DNA from: an uncultured bacterium
GTDB taxonomy: Bacteria; Patescibacteriota; Minisyncoccia; UBA6257; 2-01-FULL-56-20
Assembly (NCBI GenBank): GCA_963696395.1
Contig: CAVOJZ010000002.1
Span: 559,317 to 623,316, forward strand
DNA: 64,000 nt
Direction: 5' to 3'
Part shown: in pieces, positions 62,443 through 64,000 of the stretch
Numbering within the stretch: the first letter of the stretch is position 1
How the letters are laid out: the number at the start of each line of letters is the position of its first letter
Translations under genes and position numbers: made by a program
The notes under the pieces: model-generated
Told to the model about the DNA's origin: nothing
What the model saw: the letters and a program-made list of their open reading frames with translations, nothing else
The model's database searches: none

Positions 62443-64000
62443 ATGGAGAGAAGAAAAATATTTTTAACTGCGACCATTGGAATAGTGGCGGGCGTGGTTT
62501 TAATTTTTCGAATCGAGCCAGTGTACGCCGCTACCATCAATGCCTCTGACTGCACACCGGCAGCGATCCAAACTGCAATAGATTCTGCGAGTAATGGAGA
62601 TACGGTACAGGTTCCATCAGGTTCATGCACGTGGACGAGTGGTATTTCCATAAATAAACCCATTTACCTTATCGGTGCCGGTATCGGAAGTACGACCATC
62701 ACTGATAATACGGTAAGAAATTACACAGTTGTCCCCATCGACGTTAATTTCTCAAGCAATGGAACGGATTATGCGAGAATCAGCGGTTTTACTTTCTTGG
62801 ATGCGGCCGTCAATGGCGGTACCGGCGCGGACGACGGTTTTAACGGACTCATCACCGTCGAAGCCCTTGGAGGTTCAGGGACGCCGAGCGTACGCATCGA
62901 CCACATTTTTTTTAACGGTACGCAAAGGCGCTGCATCGTTTCATCGAACGACCGTGGCTTAATTGATCACGTAACGTTCAATTCGTGCTCAAATATGTTT
63001 GCAGCACCTGACCTTTCGTCGGCAAATGAATGGAAGCAGAATATTCCCATGGGTTCGTCGGACGCGTGGTTCATCGAGGATTCGACCTATAATTATTCAA
63101 GCGGCAATCCCGACTTAAACGATCAATGGAGCGGTTCACGGCTTGTCATCCGCCATGACACTTTCATTTCGTCGGGATCGTTCAATAGTGCCTTCTTGCA
63201 AAATCACGGATTCGACTCGGTGGACAGAAGCGGCATGTGGCGCGAGGTTTATGACAATACGTTTACGAACAATGGTACGAGTTCGGTTGGTTTGAGTCAG
63301 TTGCGAGGCGGAACTGGGGTTTTTTATGATAACGTCGCGAGTGGCAGTTTTTATATCGGCCTCGGACTTACGAATTACCGATCTTGCTCAGACTATAATT
63401 TATTTCCCGGGTATTGCAGTGGTGGAACGTACAACGGACTCGCGTGCAATGCTGGCGCCGGATGTGCCGCCGGGGGCGGTACATGCTATGCCGAGTTGTG
63501 CGATGGAACAAATCCTGCTGACGGTGACACGGTAGGCGGGCACGGCTATGCCTGCATCGACCAAATTGGAAGGACGGGCAATCAAGCTCTATCCCCGGTT
63601 TATGAATGGAATAATACATTGAATGGTAATGACCTAAATTTCACCGTTTACACCTGGGACAGCAATTGTTCCAACCAGACGTATCACATTCAGTCGGGAA
63701 GGGATTACTACAATGACACGCAAATGCCCGGATACGTTGCGTATACATATCCTCATCCATTGCAGGGCTCTGTTGACACCCAGCCTCCCACCGTCCCCAC
63801 AAACCTTGCCGTCACCGGAACCACAACCTCAACGATCAGCTTATCCTGGTCTCCCTCCACCGATAATGTAGGGGTTGCCGGCTACAAGATATATAGAGGA
63901 GGCACCCAGGTCGGTACGAGCACCCTTACAACCTATACCGACACCGGTCTTTCAGCCTCAACCACCTACAGCTATACCGTGAGTGCCTATGATGCCGCCG
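62443..64000 (+). CDS. Second modular surface protein (3'-truncated by the window edge; missing from the ORF track)
   Basis: ATG 62443 MERRKIFL signal peptide; GDTVQVPSGSCTWTSG, LRGGTGVFYDN, YTYPHPL, then FN3 DTQPPTVPTNL. Confidence 0.85.
   Translation, partial: MERRKIFLTATIGIVAGVVLIFRIEPVYAATINASDCTPAAIQTAIDSASNGDTVQVPSGSCTWTSGISINKPIYLIGAGIGSTTITDNTVRNYTVVPIDVNFSSNGTDYARISGFTFLDAAVNGGTGADDGFNGLITVEALGGSGTPSVRIDHIFFNGTQRRCIVSSNDRGLIDHVTFNSCSNMFAAPDLSSANEWKQNIPMGSSDAWFIEDSTYNYSSGNPDLNDQWSGSRLVIRHDTFISSGSFNSAFLQNHGFDSVDRSGMWREVYDNTFTNNGTSSVGLSQLRGGTGVFYDNVASGSFYIGLGLTNYRSCSDYNLFPGYCSGGTYNGLACNAGAGCAAGGGTCYAELCDGTNPADGDTVGGHGYACIDQIGRTGNQALSPVYEWNNTLNGNDLNFTVYTWDSNCSNQTYHIQSGRDYYNDTQMPGYVAYTYPHPLQGSVDTQPPTVPTNLAVTGTTTSTISLSWSPSTDNVGVAGYKIYRGGTQVGTSTLTTYTDTGLSASTTYSYTVSAYDAA

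Overview
This 64-kb window looks like a Patescibacteria/CPR (Parcubacteria-like) chromosome segment. That placement is inferred from gene content, an unlinked intron-rich 23S-5S locus, tRNAs without encoded CCA, and near-absent Shine-Dalgarno motifs. It carries a thymidylate/nucleotide cluster (folA, thyA, HIT, dCMP deaminase, cytidylyltransferase-like) and an ECF sigma factor. A comF plus type IV pilus cluster is interrupted by large surface-protein genes. Other genes are ligA, gatCA, murD, a single-chain mitochondrial-type PheRS, a CCA-adding enzyme, dut, rodA, mltG and several giant adhesin-like proteins. RNA genes are five canonical tRNAs, one atypical tRNA-Met-like gene, a 23S rRNA with four group I introns (two encode LAGLIDADG enzymes, one lies in the sarcin-ricin loop) and a 5S rRNA. 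The most striking unexplained structure is at 37.2-39.7 kb. A consensus promoter drives the atypical tRNA-Met-like gene, whose 3' end occurs three times. These copies delimit two integrase-less cassettes with conserved ends, unrelated cargo ORFs and highly structured repeats. A covarying palindromic element family occurs there and after tRNA-Arg. All calls were made by eye from motifs; no database searches were run.
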